This document shows, one piece after another, positions 49,799-61,997 of a stretch of 64,000 nt of DNA. Source of the DNA: Candidatus Thorarchaeota archaeon (GTDB lineage: Archaea; Asgardarchaeota; Thorarchaeia; Thorarchaeales; Thorarchaeaceae); contig CAVSBO010000016.1 in assembly GCA_963726195.1 (NCBI GenBank), positions 225,675 to 289,674 of the forward strand, in the 5' to 3' direction. How positions within the stretch are numbered: the stretch's first letter is position 1; each line of letters begins with the position of its first letter. A program made the position numbers and the translations under genes. Under the pieces are notes generated by a model. That model was not told where the DNA came from and searched no databases. It saw only the letters and a program-made list of their open reading frames with translations.

Positions 49799-50827
49799 TC
49801 ACGCCTGAGGTACCATGTAGTCGCCCGCTTGTTCGCCCAAGACCAGTTGAGTAAACTCCTCGCCTGTGTTGTCAACACGGACTCCTTCTGCTCTCCCTCT
49901 GGCTTCGATTATCATTCCCTGTTCTGCCTGCTCAGTGAATCTTCCTCGATAACTCATTATGACCCTCAGTCTGGAATCCTCCTCGCACTCGACGTGGTAC
50001 GTGCAAGGCGTGAAAATGCAGTCCTGATTATCGATAATCCTAGCTCGAACAGTTCGTATTCCTTCGTTGACAAATGATAGGTCTTCATGCGAGTACACCC
50101 TCTCCTCAGGCAATTTGACATTCCGTACAAAGAAGTCGTATGACTCAAATTCGCCTTGGAGTACTTTCTTCGCCTCGATGCTTCTCAGGGCTCGCCACCA
50201 TTCGTTCTCCTTTCCCCACCTGAATGCAACGTGCTTGTCAAGCTTCATTCCAGAATAGCGCTTGACTCCCGGCAGCTTTTCATGGCTTCGCAGAAGACTG
50301 AAGAGTCTCCGTGCAGACAGAGATCCGTACACTGCTAAATCAATGTCCGAGCTATTAATCGACAATCCCGCGAGCTGAGACCCTGTAACACCGATACTTG
50401 ACCAGTCTAATCCGGCCTTGTCCACAAACAGTCGCGCCAGTTTCACTGATGCTCTTTGCAGGTCGTCAAGATGCTTGCCCATGTCTCTCATCTGGTTCAA
50501 ACAAGTAACGGGATTCAGCACAAACGCAATGCGGCTCATTGGCACGCTTTGCAGAATTCGTCCATGCCTCTCATCGTACCATAGATATTCTGGATGCTTC
50601 TCGGCGAGATACATCTCGCGTTCCTGCAACGAGTAAATCTTCTTGTACCTAACACCGCTCGCCGAACATCGGTCGCCATTCTTGCTTGGCATATACCGAA
50701 GATACGCAATTACACGATCCGCAGGATGTGCCTCGCCCTTCACTTCGAATATGAAATCATCATCTGTGACAACGAAGTAGCCTTCGAGAAAATCGACGCC
50801 CGACTGCATACACTCACAATCCAACAC
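49799..50827 (-). CDS. Predicted nucleotidyltransferase (COG1665-like)
   Basis: FEVKG..HP..AYLRY, GVTGS..SDIDL, SYRGRF.EQA. Confidence 0.75.
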   Translation of the reverse strand: MLDCECMQSGVDFLEGYFVVTDDDFIFEVKGEAHPADRVIAYLRYMPSKNGDRCSASGVRYKKIYSLQEREMYLAEKHPEYLWYDERHGRILQSVPMSRIAFVLNPVTCLNQMRDMGKHLDDLQRASVKLARLFVDKAGLDWSSIGVTGSQLAGLSINSSDIDLAVYGSLSARRLFSLLRSHEKLPGVKRYSGMKLDKHVAFRWGKENEWWRALRSIEAKKVLQGEFESYDFFVRNVKLPEERVYSHEDLSFVNEGIRTVRARIIDNQDCIFTPCTYHVECEEDSRLRVIMSYRGRFTEQAEQGMIIEARGRAEGVRVDNTGEEFTQLVLGEQAGDYMVPQA

Positions 50828-50865
50828 TGGATGATGTTAAAAGCCTGTACATCGAAGCCTCCCCC

Positions 50866-52081
50866 ATGACAGCCATGCTCGATGTGAAATCTGATTTTGG
50901 CGTCTATGATATCTACCCCGATCTTGCATACTTTGATTCAGCCAGCACAACTCTCGTTCCCAAGAAAGCTATCAAGGCCACCACCATTTTCCTAAACACG
51001 TGTACCGTATCGTCTCGCCGGGGTGCATACAAATTGGCTGTCATGGGCAGTACTCTCGTTGAAAATACCCGTTCATCGCTAGTCTGATTTCATGAACACG
51101 GAAAACTCGCAGATTTCCTTTCATGGGTCAATCCCTGCAGCAGTGGCATCAATTGCCTACGGATATGATTGGCATGGAGAAGAAAGAGATCGCATTGCAA
51201 TTGCTCAGAGCGAAGAACACTCAGTACTCACCGCACTGCTTAGGGTAGCTGAAGTCCTGGGTCTCCATGTCGATGTAATTCCCATCGATAACACAGGATT
51301 GCTACAGACCGAACAGCTCAAGGTGCTGGCAAATCGTAGGACCGGGATAGTTGCAGTTGGACACATCACCACCGGTGTTGGCATTCGAAACCCGACCAAC
51401 GAAGCTGCAGAGATTGCTCACGAAAACGGAGCGATACTCCTAACCGATGCCACTCGATCTATTGGCACTGCCAGCATTTCCCCCCAATCACTTGGAGCCG
51501 ATGTTCTCTTTTTCTCAGGTAACATCGGCCTCATGGGTCCTCCTGGCCTTGCAGTACAATGGATAGACAAGGCATTAGGCGCAAAATTGTCACCCGGAGT
51601 AATTGGAGGGTCGGCAGTAGCAAACGTCACGCCATCATCTTATGACATTGCCATGCAGCCAGACAAATTCGAACCAGGAACCATCAATGTACCTGCGATT
51701 GTCGGTCTGGGAGCTGCCATCGACTACCTTCGCACCCTTTATTCAAGAGGATTCGCCAATCATATGAAGGCTCTATCTCGATACATGCTAGAACGGCTCA
51801 CGAGTATCGATGATATCGTTCTCTACGGTCTACCTGATGAGAGTTCAACAATCTTCGGCTTCAACATCGGTGAGAACCGTGGAATCAGCTGTCATGACGT
51901 CTCACTATTCCTAGACCAGTCCAACGTGGCGGTCAGGAGCGGTCTTCTTTGCGCTCACCCCCTTGTTCGTCTTCTTGCTAGTGAAGGCATCGTGCAAGCG
52001 TCGCTTCATGCGTACAATTCATTGGATGATGTCGATCGACTTGCACACTCGCTGAAGCTCATACGCGAGCAACTGCTGTGA
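50866..52081 (+). CDS. SufS-like class V aminotransferase-fold protein, frameshift at about 51083
   Basis: YFDSASTT, RGAY, KFEPGT, RSGLLCAHP; PLP lysine motif altered (SGNIG). Confidence 0.8.
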
Positions 52082-52102
52082 ATGAGACCCGCTTGGGCCG
52101 AA

Positions 52103-52363
52103 TTATCCCAATGCGAAAGACGGGGGATACATGACGAAGTACTGGATTACAACCCCAAGCAGAATGCCACTCAGGACAAGCTGTTTTCCTTTCGACGCGT
52201 TCACTTCGGTGAACCAAAGAATCGCCCCTGAAAGCACAACAATGATAGCCGAAATCCGGCCGACAAGCATCAAGAAAGCCCATATCTCAGAGAGGTGTTC
52301 AGCTATAACATTCGCAAAGTCCACCAAAGGGCTCAGAATCCAATACAGCATAGCATCTTCCAC
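52103..52363 (-). CDS. Small 2-TM protein
   Basis: Two hydrophobic helices separated by SKGK. Confidence 0.6.
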   Translation of the reverse strand: MEDAMLYWILSPLVDFANVIAEHLSEIWAFLMLVGRISAIIVVLSGAILWFTEVNASKGKQLVLSGILLGVVIQYFVMYPPSFALG

Positions 52364-52397
52364 GAACGATTATTCAGTTGATAGGGATTTAAACCCG

Positions 52398-54221
52398 CTA
52401 AAGGACCGTCACAGATTTAGCGAGATTACGAGGTTTGTCGGGGTCGTAGCCTTTCCTGAGGGCAACGTAGTAACTAAAGAGCTGCAGCGGGACAACAAAC
52501 GGCATGGGTGAGAATTCCGATTCAACTCCTGGGGGTATTTCAAAAACATGATTCGAGAGGCTAGAGATTTCTTGGTCCTCTTTCTCAACAACGGAAATAA
52601 TCGATGCTCCTCTCGCCTTCATCTCCATTATATTTCCAATCATTCGATTTCTTGTTGTGTCTCTGGGCACAACGCAGACCACAGGATAGCCATCTTGCAC
52701 AAGTGCAATAGGCCCATGTTTCGATTGACCCGCAGAGTACCCCTCTGCATGATTGTAAGCTATCTCTTTCAGCTTTAAGGCTCCCTCATTTGCAGTGGCC
52801 ACGGACACGCCCCTCCCAAGGAACAAGAAGCTTGGCTGATCATAGAACATGCCGGCCAATGTCCTTGCTCGTTCTTCGTTTCTCGCTATGACTTCAGACA
52901 CGATGTCAGCGACTCTAGCAAGCCCCTCCCGCTTTCTCACGATAGTGTCTCGCTCAATGTGTCCGTTTGCTTCCGCCAAGGCCAATGCAATCTGGGCCAA
53001 GGCAGCAAGCTGCACCATGAAAGTCTTCGTTGCAGCAACGCCGATCTCCGGCCCAGCCTGCGTTATGATGGTATGGTCCGCACATTGTGTTATTGAACTC
53101 CCTACCACATTCGTAACTGCAATCACTTTCGCACCTAGATGTTTAGCATACTTCGCTGCCGCAATAGTGTCTGTTGTCTCTCCCGATTGCGTAATTGTCA
53201 TTATGCAGTCATCTTTGGAAAGTGTATCGTAGATGCTGTCCTGAAAATCGCTGGCAAGCTCACATATCGGTACTACTCCGCCAAGCGAACCAAACATGTG
53301 CCGCCCTGCCATGGCGGCGTGACTAGAGGTTCCCATTGCTACCATGTACACTCTATTCGCACTTCGAACAATATCGGCCGCCTTAACGATTGGCTCCTTG
53401 CGGAGTCTCAGCGTATTCTTGATTGCTTCAGGCTGTTCATGTATCTCCTTAAGCATGAAGTGAGGAAAGCCCCCCTTCTGGGCTTGATCCGCAGTCCAGC
53501 TTACCTTGATGCTTTCGCGCTCCACTCTCACTCCATCTGCGAGCTTCTCGATTTCCACTCCACTCGCAGAGAGACTGGCTATCTCTCCATCCAGAAGAAG
53601 GACCATGTTGTTTGTCATTGGCAGAAACGCAGGAATATCTGAACTGATGTAGTGTACTCCCTCCTGCGTGCCAATCACTAGCGGATTACCATCTCTCACG
53701 CCACATATCTTGTCCGGTTCTCTGGTTGTCATGGCTACTATTGCATAAGTACCCTCTATGCTCAGAGCGACTCTCCTGAGAGCTCCCTTAAGGTCGAATC
53801 CCTCATTCATATATTCCTCAATCATATGAGGAATGACTTCCGTATCAGTGTCAGAATTGAATACATGCCCCCTTCCTTTGAGCTCACTTCTCAGTTCCAA
53901 GAAATTGTCTATCACACCATTGTGCACGACGGCTATCTCATCATTACAGTCGAAATGCGGGTGCGAGTTCAACATTGAAGGAATTCCATGTGTGGCCCAT
54001 CTGGTATGCCCAATCCCTATTGATCCCGGAAGATCATCGAGATTGAGTCTCTTGTGGACTTCATCAATCTTGCCTTTCTCTTTCTTTATGTACAGACGCC
54101 CGTTCGCAATCGTAGTTTCTCCAACTGAATCATAGCCTCTGTATTCTAGCCTCTTCAAAGCCTGATGAAGGAACGGAGCCACCTCTCCTCGTTCTTGAAC
54201 CACACCGATTATTCCGCACAT
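52398..54221 (-). CDS. glmS: Glutamine--fructose-6-phosphate transaminase
   Basis: MCGIIG, LEYRGYDS, HTRWATHG, QSGET, PRNLAKSVTV. Confidence 0.97.
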   Translation of the reverse strand: MCGIIGVVQERGEVAPFLHQALKRLEYRGYDSVGETTIANGRLYIKKEKGKIDEVHKRLNLDDLPGSIGIGHTRWATHGIPSMLNSHPHFDCNDEIAVVHNGVIDNFLELRSELKGRGHVFNSDTDTEVIPHMIEEYMNEGFDLKGALRRVALSIEGTYAIVAMTTREPDKICGVRDGNPLVIGTQEGVHYISSDIPAFLPMTNNMVLLLDGEIASLSASGVEIEKLADGVRVERESIKVSWTADQAQKGGFPHFMLKEIHEQPEAIKNTLRLRKEPIVKAADIVRSANRVYMVAMGTSSHAAMAGRHMFGSLGGVVPICELASDFQDSIYDTLSKDDCIMTITQSGETTDTIAAAKYAKHLGAKVIAVTNVVGSSITQCADHTIITQAGPEIGVAATKTFMVQLAALAQIALALAEANGHIERDTIVRKREGLARVADIVSEVIARNEERARTLAGMFYDQPSFLFLGRGVSVATANEGALKLKEIAYNHAEGYSAGQSKHGPIALVQDGYPVVCVVPRDTTRNRMIGNIMEMKARGASIISVVEKEDQEISSLSNHVFEIPPGVESEFSPMPFVVPLQLFSYYVALRKGYDPDKPRNLAKSVTVL

Positions 54222-54323
54222 GATTCTTGCCTCTATGAGGAACGTCAGCCCCATGTACGCTCCGGTGACCAGACACCTTCTACCTTACAAAGTGACATGC
54301 TTTCGAGATAAGGCTTGGTAATG

Positions 54324-54635
54324 TCAACCTGTAAGCTCAATCTCAATATACACAGAATCAGGTATCTTCACACGCATTATCTGCCGGATTGCACGTTCAT
54401 CTGCATCGATGTCAATAAGCCGCTTGTGTATCCTCATTTCCCACTTGTCCCAAGATTCGGATCCTTGGCCACAGGGTGTCTTCCGAGTAGGAACAATCAT
54501 TCGACGTGTGGGAAGTGGGATTGGACCAGCCATCCGTACTCCTGTCTTGCGGGTTATTCGCTTGATTTGATTGCATACACCATCGAGGTACTCGGTACTG
54601 GTACTCGATAGTCGAATCCTAGCTCTCTGAGTCAT
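54324..54635 (-). CDS. rps10: Ribosomal protein uS10
   Basis: [31 protein letters not shown]. Confidence 0.97.
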   Translation of the reverse strand: MTQRARIRLSSTSTEYLDGVCNQIKRITRKTGVRMAGPIPLPTRRMIVPTRKTPCGQGSESWDKWEMRIHKRLIDIDADERAIRQIMRVKIPDSVYIEIELTG

Positions 54636-54887
54636 GTGAATATCTACCCCGCTTGAGGAGACATCTTCGGCAACCACCCTCGAACCGGATAAAAAGGTTG
54701 CTTTGCATCCAGCGTGCTTGCCAAAACCATCTCCATAACTCACACTGGCCATCCTTCTCTTCTGTCATCACCGCGGAACTGTCACAACAACTGATTCTAT
54801 CATGGCCCGGAAACCACATGTCAATGGCAGACGGCAATGATAATCTCCATAAGAGCCCTCTTCGGAGGTCTTTGCCAGGCTATTCCA

Positions 54888-55682
54888 TTGTATCGTGTAA
54901 CGGTTGTCAAGCTCGGAGGTTCCGTCATCACTCACAAGAGTGCCTCTCCTCCCAGATTGAATTACCAGGCAGTGAAACGCATAGTACTGGAACTCAGAGC
55001 GCACAAGAATCAGCTAGTCATCGTTCTCGGTGGCGGAGCACACGGGCATCAAGCAGCCCATCAGTTTGGTTATGGAGACCCGGCAACTTCCAAGGAGCGC
55101 CTTCTGGAGGGTATCCCCTCAATACGTCACAATATGACAACACTGTCACTGCAAATCGAGCACATGATGCAAAACGCCGGGATTCCCACGGTTGTGTTTT
55201 CGCCATTCTCTTTTGTATTACTACATGATGGTTCAGTGTCCAACTTTCCAACAGAGCTGATTCGGAGGGCAATTCAGTCAGGACTAACAGTGGTGACTCA
55301 CGGCGATGTGTGTTTTGATGATGTCCGTGGTGCATCTATTCTCAGTGGTGACACAATCCTTGTGCATCTAGCAGAGAACCTCAATGCAGAATCCGTCTAC
55401 ATCGGAACGGATGTTGATGGCGTATACGAGACAGACCCCAAAGACAATCCAGATGCCCGGATTATTCCTGTCATTGACAAAACAAACATGAATCAAGTAC
55501 TACGCGGGGCTAGTTCATCAAAAGCCACCGATGTAACGGGTGGAATGGCAGCCAAACTAGCTGATTTGGTCAAGCTTGCAGGCAAGAAAAGGGAAATTGC
55601 TATATTCAACTTGTCAATAGCCGGCCGTCTCGAAGACTTGTTTTCTCGAAAACCTGTCGTTTGCACAAGAATTGAGCTCTAA
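54888..55682 (+). CDS. ipk: Isopentenyl phosphate kinase
   Basis: KLGGSVITHK, GGGAHGH, HGDV, SGD, DVTGGM. Confidence 0.88.
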   Translation: MYRVTVVKLGGSVITHKSASPPRLNYQAVKRIVLELRAHKNQLVIVLGGGAHGHQAAHQFGYGDPATSKERLLEGIPSIRHNMTTLSLQIEHMMQNAGIPTVVFSPFSFVLLHDGSVSNFPTELIRRAIQSGLTVVTHGDVCFDDVRGASILSGDTILVHLAENLNAESVYIGTDVDGVYETDPKDNPDARIIPVIDKTNMNQVLRGASSSKATDVTGGMAAKLADLVKLAGKKREIAIFNLSIAGRLEDLFSRKPVVCTRIEL

Positions 55683-55724
55683 GTCTTCTGAAAAGACGGG
55701 AATCTAGTCGGAATGAAAACCGCG

Positions 55725-58700
55725 TCATCTACGAACTCTGGTATCTCCAACACTCCTGCCTCGTCGTACGATGCTTTGAAGGTCTTCCATTTCGCATATC
55801 TCCAGGTTTGCTGGCTTGGCCGTATCATTATCCAGATACTCAGTCGCTGGTAAGATACAGACTGCCCGAGTGGCCTTGCAGGCTCTGCACACGACCTCGT
55901 TATCGAGCTGCAAAAGAATGTCGAGCTGATCTTGGCTAGGAAAGACAGCGTAAGACTTCCCTGCAGCACACAAGTCATAACATCCATGCCCCTTTGCAAT
56001 TGGCTCATTGAGCTTCAACAACTGAGATTCAAGGGCCCCCACAGCGGTCCTCTTCAATTCCCTGATAGCTGAGCGACCAACCACCCATAACCCCTCTTCC
56101 AAGCCCGAGAACACTCCGCTATTCTTCACCCTCACTGCAACCAGTCTACCATCTCCCAACAGCTCTGTCAAGGCATGCTTGCCTTCGGTCACACTCAATG
56201 GAACTGACCTTGCCTTTACTGATTGAAGAGCTGTCGTCTCAATGAATTCTAACAACGTATTCCATCTGGTCTTGCCATCTGACAAATCCACAAAGTCTTG
56301 TATGACACCAAACCACAAACGCAACTGCATCGAAGAAGAGGACTCAGGGCTATCCTCGACTGTTTCATTCTTCGACGTGATTTCCACTTCGTCTCTATCA
56401 GTCTCCGAAGCATCTGTCATTGATTCCAGCATCTCGTTCGACTTGCCTTTTTGAAGATGGGTCTCTATCATCTTGTCAAGCGAACTTGGGAATGCTGAAA
56501 TAACACTCACTGCATCATACTCGTCGTTCCTATCCATTAGCTCTCTCAACTTGGCAGCAGCAACGCTTCCTCTGACTATCACAAACAGCTCTGTCACACC
56601 ATTTCCCATTGTACTCATTTGGTATCTGATTCTTTCAAGGACGCCCTCTATCGATGATGCTTTCAGATGCTCAGGAACTATGAGAATCGCCTTGTCGTCG
56701 ACGATCATGACTTGACTGCCGAGGCGATCGCTTTGCTCTGAGCTTAGAGACCGCCCCAAACGTGCTGAAATATAACCTGCAATTGCTTCTCTTACGGCAT
56801 CACACCCTCTCCCGGGCAACGTGAAAAGAACCCCACCTTCGACAAGTGGCAGTGATTCGCGCTCGATGGACCCCAAAGACACAAGCTCCTGAATCAGTTC
56901 AGCTACGTCGTCGTTCCTGATACTTGGGTTGAAGGCAGTCAGCAGATTCTGCAATTCCTCCTTCGAAGCCACATCGTGCGAAGCAAGGAATGCCACCGCC
57001 CGATTCGCCAATTCGCCTAGGCCATCGAATACGGCCCCGCGATGCTCAACAGCGGTAGCACCGCCCACGGGCCTCTCCGTCTGCCCTGCAGGAGCATTGC
57101 TTACAATAGGTGATTGCGGCGACCGTGCATATGTCTGTTCAGATGCCGCATACTCTCGGTTCCAATCTAGGGTCTCTGCAAGCTCGTTCTGTTCAACCAA
57201 TTCCATTTGTGGCGTGCCTACGAAAGGTTCGGTTGCTAGCTCAAACGTATCGGTCTCGGGTGTCACGATTAGTGCCCTCCCCACCTTCAGCATCCTCAGA
57301 TAGCGCTCCTGCGCTTCATTGAGAGACATGAATCTGGCCCCAACAGAGCTATCATAAGGAAGTCTGAATGTGACTTTCGTGGCAGTGTTGGCCAGGATGT
57401 TCGACGAGATGTCAGGCCTAGTCGAAACAACAATCACCCCTTGACCAGTGGCTCTCTGTAGCATTACCATTGATTCGCCTGTCGTTACATCTGCCCGCTG
57501 ATTGCCTGGTATAGCTTTCAGGGACGAGATTGTTCGCCTCCTCAAGCACTACAACATGATTGAGCTGTGCTGTTATCCCACGTCTCATTGCGCTATCAAA
57601 GATACGTTTGGCAACAAGGTTGTACAGGAGACGGGCTGCGTCCATACCTCCTGTGCGAGCAACGTACCGAAGGTCGAATACCACACGTTTGCTCAGCAAA
57701 CTCGATATACTCATCGAATGCGGCCCACCCGCTAGTATTGAACCCAATGGCTCACGAATGAGCACTTCTAAACGGTTCAGCAATGCATCTCTCGTCATAG
57801 CACCAGTCCGGTCATTGTCAGCAAGCTCATTGATTTTTTCAATCAATATACGCACGGAGTTGCCACGATTCAACGTCTTTGCGGTCTCAAGAATTGCATC
57901 TCTCAGAAGCTTCTCCATGGCAGGTGAAAGCTCTGTTGAAGTGCCCATCTCCCTTAGAAGTTCCTTCAAGATGACAAACGTTGCGTGAGCCTGTTTTTCC
58001 CTTGTGTCTGCGTCAGGATCCAGGAGGTCCATTGCGAAAGAGGGGTCAAGCCCTGGACGAAAAATCATTACTTCCTGATTGCCTATATTTGCCAAATCGC
58101 TGTATTCAGAACCCTTCAAATCGAAAACCCACCAGGGTACCTCAGTCTTCATGCTTAGTTCGGCCATCAAGCGCTTGACAAGCGATGTCTTTCCGGTACC
58201 TGTGGAACCAATGACTGCAACATGCTCTCTCAACCATTCTTTCTTCAATCCTGCTTTGTTGAGTAGATGTCCTCCATAGACTGTCCATCCTATTTGCAAC
58301 TCGTTGTCCACAAGTTCTCTCGGAGGCACGTAGAAATCAGGAATCTGCGCGGCCGTGACAACGGGGATGCTCTGTACCGGTGTGTTGACAAAGGCCACCA
58401 ATCTCGATACATGTATTCTCTGCTGGCTTAGATGGCGTCTTGAAAGCAACCTACAAGCAGTTTTGCCGCTAATGTCTCTTTCCGCTATTGACATCTTGCC
58501 GTCTCCGCCCCAAACTGAGAAGGCAAGCCCCTTCAATCCCTCCTTAGCAGCTCTCAGTCCGGCTGAGTCATTGGCAGTAACCACGACATAGACGCTCGCC
58601 TCAAACCATCCCTCGTCGGCTTGCATCTGTTCGTACTGTCTCAACAAATCCTTCTTCACAACTTGGTCTTCAAGCGAATCCTCTCGCTTCTTCTCTCTTC

Positions 58701-59577
58701 CATGTATGGATTTCCACTCCGCTTCCAGCTTCCTCTTCTTCTTTCCCGCCCTCGCAGCTGAAAACACACACGTTAGAGCCAGTGAATAGCCCTGTTTCAG
58801 GCCCGTAGAAAGAAATGTGCCAATTTGGGATGTGGACTCCGAAGGTGCAACCCGAGGATTACCAGAGAGTACCATTGCTGACTTACACTGCATTCTTTCT
58901 TCTGCAATCGAATGTTCTGTCCCAACTATTTTGCCACTGAATGATAGCGCCGCTTTTTCTAACTCACCACCTTTCAGCTGCCGAAGTTCGACATTGTTAA
59001 GAGATGCCGACAGAATCGCTTCTGCTCTCGTTGCTTCTCTCCTCAGAGTATCTCCCATTTCCGTGATAGAGTGGCCCATTATGCTAATGAACACCCGAAG
59101 AAACGGTTCATCTCTGACCAGCCCAACTTCATATGCCATGGTGACGCGACTATCCATCCCTGCTCGAAGTGCCAGCAACATGGTCGTGTTGTACCTTGGC
59201 CTGTTACTTGCATCCTGCTCCACTGAGCCGGGGACCGACATCATCTCGAGGCAACAAGCCGCAATGGCCCGACTTCCGATGCGGACGACGTAGAACTCAT
59301 CTTCCAGCACGAAGGAAACATGCTCTGTTAGCATCTTCTTGAATGCAATGACGACACCACAACAGATTGGGAAAGCGCAAATGCATATTTCAACGACCGC
59401 TTTCGATGGAACAATGGGCTGCTTGATAATACCTGCAATAGGAAGAACATACACTGCGACGAAATAGAGCAGACAGAGCTGTATTCCGACAAGCTGTGCT
59501 ACTCTTGCCCGATGCCACCATATCGATTCTTCGCAGCCAGCCGAATACTCATCCTGATGTAATTCATGGGTCCTCAT
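55725..59577 (-). CDS. Large membrane-anchored HerA/VirB4-like ATPase, frameshift at about 57500
   Basis: 2 N-terminal TMs; HVAVIGSTGTGKT, VFDLKGSEY, LEEANN, QRATGQG..STRP..ILANT; long C-terminal extension. Confidence 0.8.
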
Positions 59578-59906
59578 GCAGTGCTATCACCGCTGTCTAG
59601 ATCAGAGCGCTTCTGTTCTACGCCGCCGGGGTCCCCTCCTTGTGCTCTGGTCTGCCATATGAACTCCCCCGCATCTATTACATAGAAGTCCACGGGCCCA
59701 CATTCTTTGCCCCAGACTCAGCCCTGCGAGAATCTTGCCAACTGCAACTTCTAGGAGGTTAAAAGATTCAAATCAGCAAGTTCCAGTATGATGGTTCGCA
59801 GTGACAAGCAGAGTCAATCATTCATGAGTTGCAAGTGGATTTACTCCGCGCTCTCCGTCGCAAACCGAACCACAGGAGAACCGGGTTAGGAGGAACGTGA
59901 AGTAGG

Positions 59907-61879
59907 ATGCATCCGTGGAGGAACGCCCGCCTTCTGTTGGGTGTAACATTGCTTGCTCTCGCACTCCTATTCTGCTTCACCGTGAACAGGACTTCTGCCG
60001 AAGAGGGTATGATTGCTTGTCGAGGTGAGAGCATAACCATAGGTGCTACACTTTTACAGAATGGCACTTACGGTGATCCTGTTCCGGACCAGCGAATTGA
60101 GTTCTTCGAACAGACACACAATGTGTACTTGGGTTCTGTGCTAACGAATCCGAGTGGCGTAGCCACAATTCAATGGAACATACCGATGAGCCAACCTCTT
60201 GGTGTCAGTATTGTCAATGCGACATTTCCTGGTAATCAATCGCTAGCCCTTAGTCCATCGTGCGAGTGGGCTGTCATTACAATTCTATCACACACGGGAA
60301 TCAGTATTCATGTCGACAAAGATGCCCTTGCTCCCGGCGATATGCTTACACTCACGGCAACACTCCTCAATGACAAAGGAGATGCATTACCAAATGCATG
60401 CATTGCCGTATTCTGTGGTACAACGCAACTTGAGTCCGGAACGACAAATGCTTCCGGTCAAGTCCACTTCGCCATCAATTGCAACAGCACTTGGGAGCAA
60501 CTTGGGACGAATCGTATCAGGGTCTTTCACGAACGGGAAATGTCCACTTTCAGCGAGACAGCCGAGGCCCTTTTCAACGTCTCCATCCAGCAACTTCCGA
60601 GCACTCTGATATTAGTGGAACCTCCCAAGGATCCAATCAAGCTAAATGACAACTTGCAGTCATACGTGCTTCTTATGACCAACGGTATAGCCACGTCTGG
60701 CGTCCAGCTCGAGATTTTGCTCGATAGCACGTCGTTGGCTTTCGCCTCGACTAACCAGTCCGGGATCGCATTAGTTTGTGTTAGCATTGATTCTAGGTTC
60801 TCCTTGGGTTCCCATGAGTTAGCCGTCACGTACCTAGGCACTCCACGATATGCTTCTTCCCTTCTAAAGGTCCAGATAGACATCGTCAGTCCGTCTCTTG
60901 TTAGAGTCATCCTACCGGCTCCTATGACGACTGGCACACATGCGAACATCACAGTCGAATTGAGTGACTTGCTTGGTCGCCCATTATCGGGGGCTTGGCT
61001 AAGACTACACGACTTGACCACTAACCAGACAATCATTCAACAGGCTCCCCCAAGTACCACCTTAGTTTACATTAATCTTCAGGTCCTTGGGAGGGAGGGC
61101 GCAAGAGCTTTGTTCTCGATATCCTAGGCAATGAATACATTCTAAACAGAAGCTGCGCATTCGGTACAGTAATATGGGTGCGCCCCGAGTTCGATGTGGT
61201 ATACTCTGACATCATGGGCTATGCTTCTCCCGGTCAGGAATTCCTTATGGAGTTACACTTGGCCGATTCAGAACGCGACTATGCTAACACGCCCGTGGAC
61301 GTGCGTAATGAGAACGTGTCCGAGGTAACTATGCACACGAATCAAAGCGGCATCATTAGCATCCGCTTTTCGGCTCCCGAAGCGTCTGGCATGCTGAGAC
61401 TATCCTTCATCTATCGCGGCAATGCTAGTGAATACCGACTATTCGCGTCTGTCTGCTACGCAGTTGTTGTCACGGAGAGTATGCCAGTAACGATGAAACT
61501 GTATGACTATCAATTGATATCGCCGCTGCAACAAATCCATGTCCGACTTATGCTTCGTGCGCTGAATGGGTCGCTCTTGACTGGCGTCTTAATGAACTAT
61601 GAATGGTTGTCCACCAGAGGATCCATTTTGAGTGGAAGGGGTGGAATCGCCGACCTCTATCTTTCATTTCCCAATCAGCCCGGTTCTTTCAACTTATCAT
61701 ATTGGATCGATTCTTCCCGTTTTCTGCTTTTCAGTACAGGTTATACCATAATCAGTCTGAATTCAGTCGATGTCTCCTCAATAGAGGGCGCAGGCGTTGT
61801 CGGCTTCGCTGTAAGCGCCTGTCTTTCTGTACTTGCTGTTAGCATTCCTCCCGCGAGAAGGAAATATCTGCTAGACTGA
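59907..61879 (+). CDS. Large secreted Ig-like-repeat surface protein with C-terminal TM, frameshift at about 61110
   Basis: Signal peptide, repeated TN.SG motifs, many NxS/T sites, terminal TM + RRK. Confidence 0.75.
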
Positions 61880-61887
61880 TAGTCTGA

Positions 61888-61997
61888 TGGTGCTCCGGCC
61901 GGGATTTGAACCCGGGTCTGAGGATCGAGAGTCCCCAATGCTGGGCCGGACTACAAACGGTCGCAATGTGAGTTAGACTCAATGCGCCTACCGGAGC
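61888..61997 (-). tRNA. tRNA-Glu(CTC) with 32-nt intron at position 10/11 (61956-61987)
   Basis: GCTCCGG stem, loop CTCTCGA; BHB with CGGT/ACCG helix and AGG/TTT bulges; CCA. Confidence 0.9.

Noticed and set aside
49496-50077. Long antisense or overlapping ORFs (e.g. 49496-50077, 54653-55228, 37393-37935)
   Set aside because: Shadows of well-supported genes with no protein motifs.
51085-51087. TGA in the sufS-like gene as selenocysteine
   Set aside because: The downstream ORF is in a different frame (offset 226 nt), so this is an indel rather than in-frame readthrough.
14609-61180. Programmed frameshifting or mass pseudogenisation (PINA x2, TlyA-like, iorA, sufS-like, HerA-like, Ig-repeat protein)
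   Set aside because: No shared slippery motif, and the proteins are otherwise well conserved; single-base assembly errors are more parsimonious. Needs a read check.
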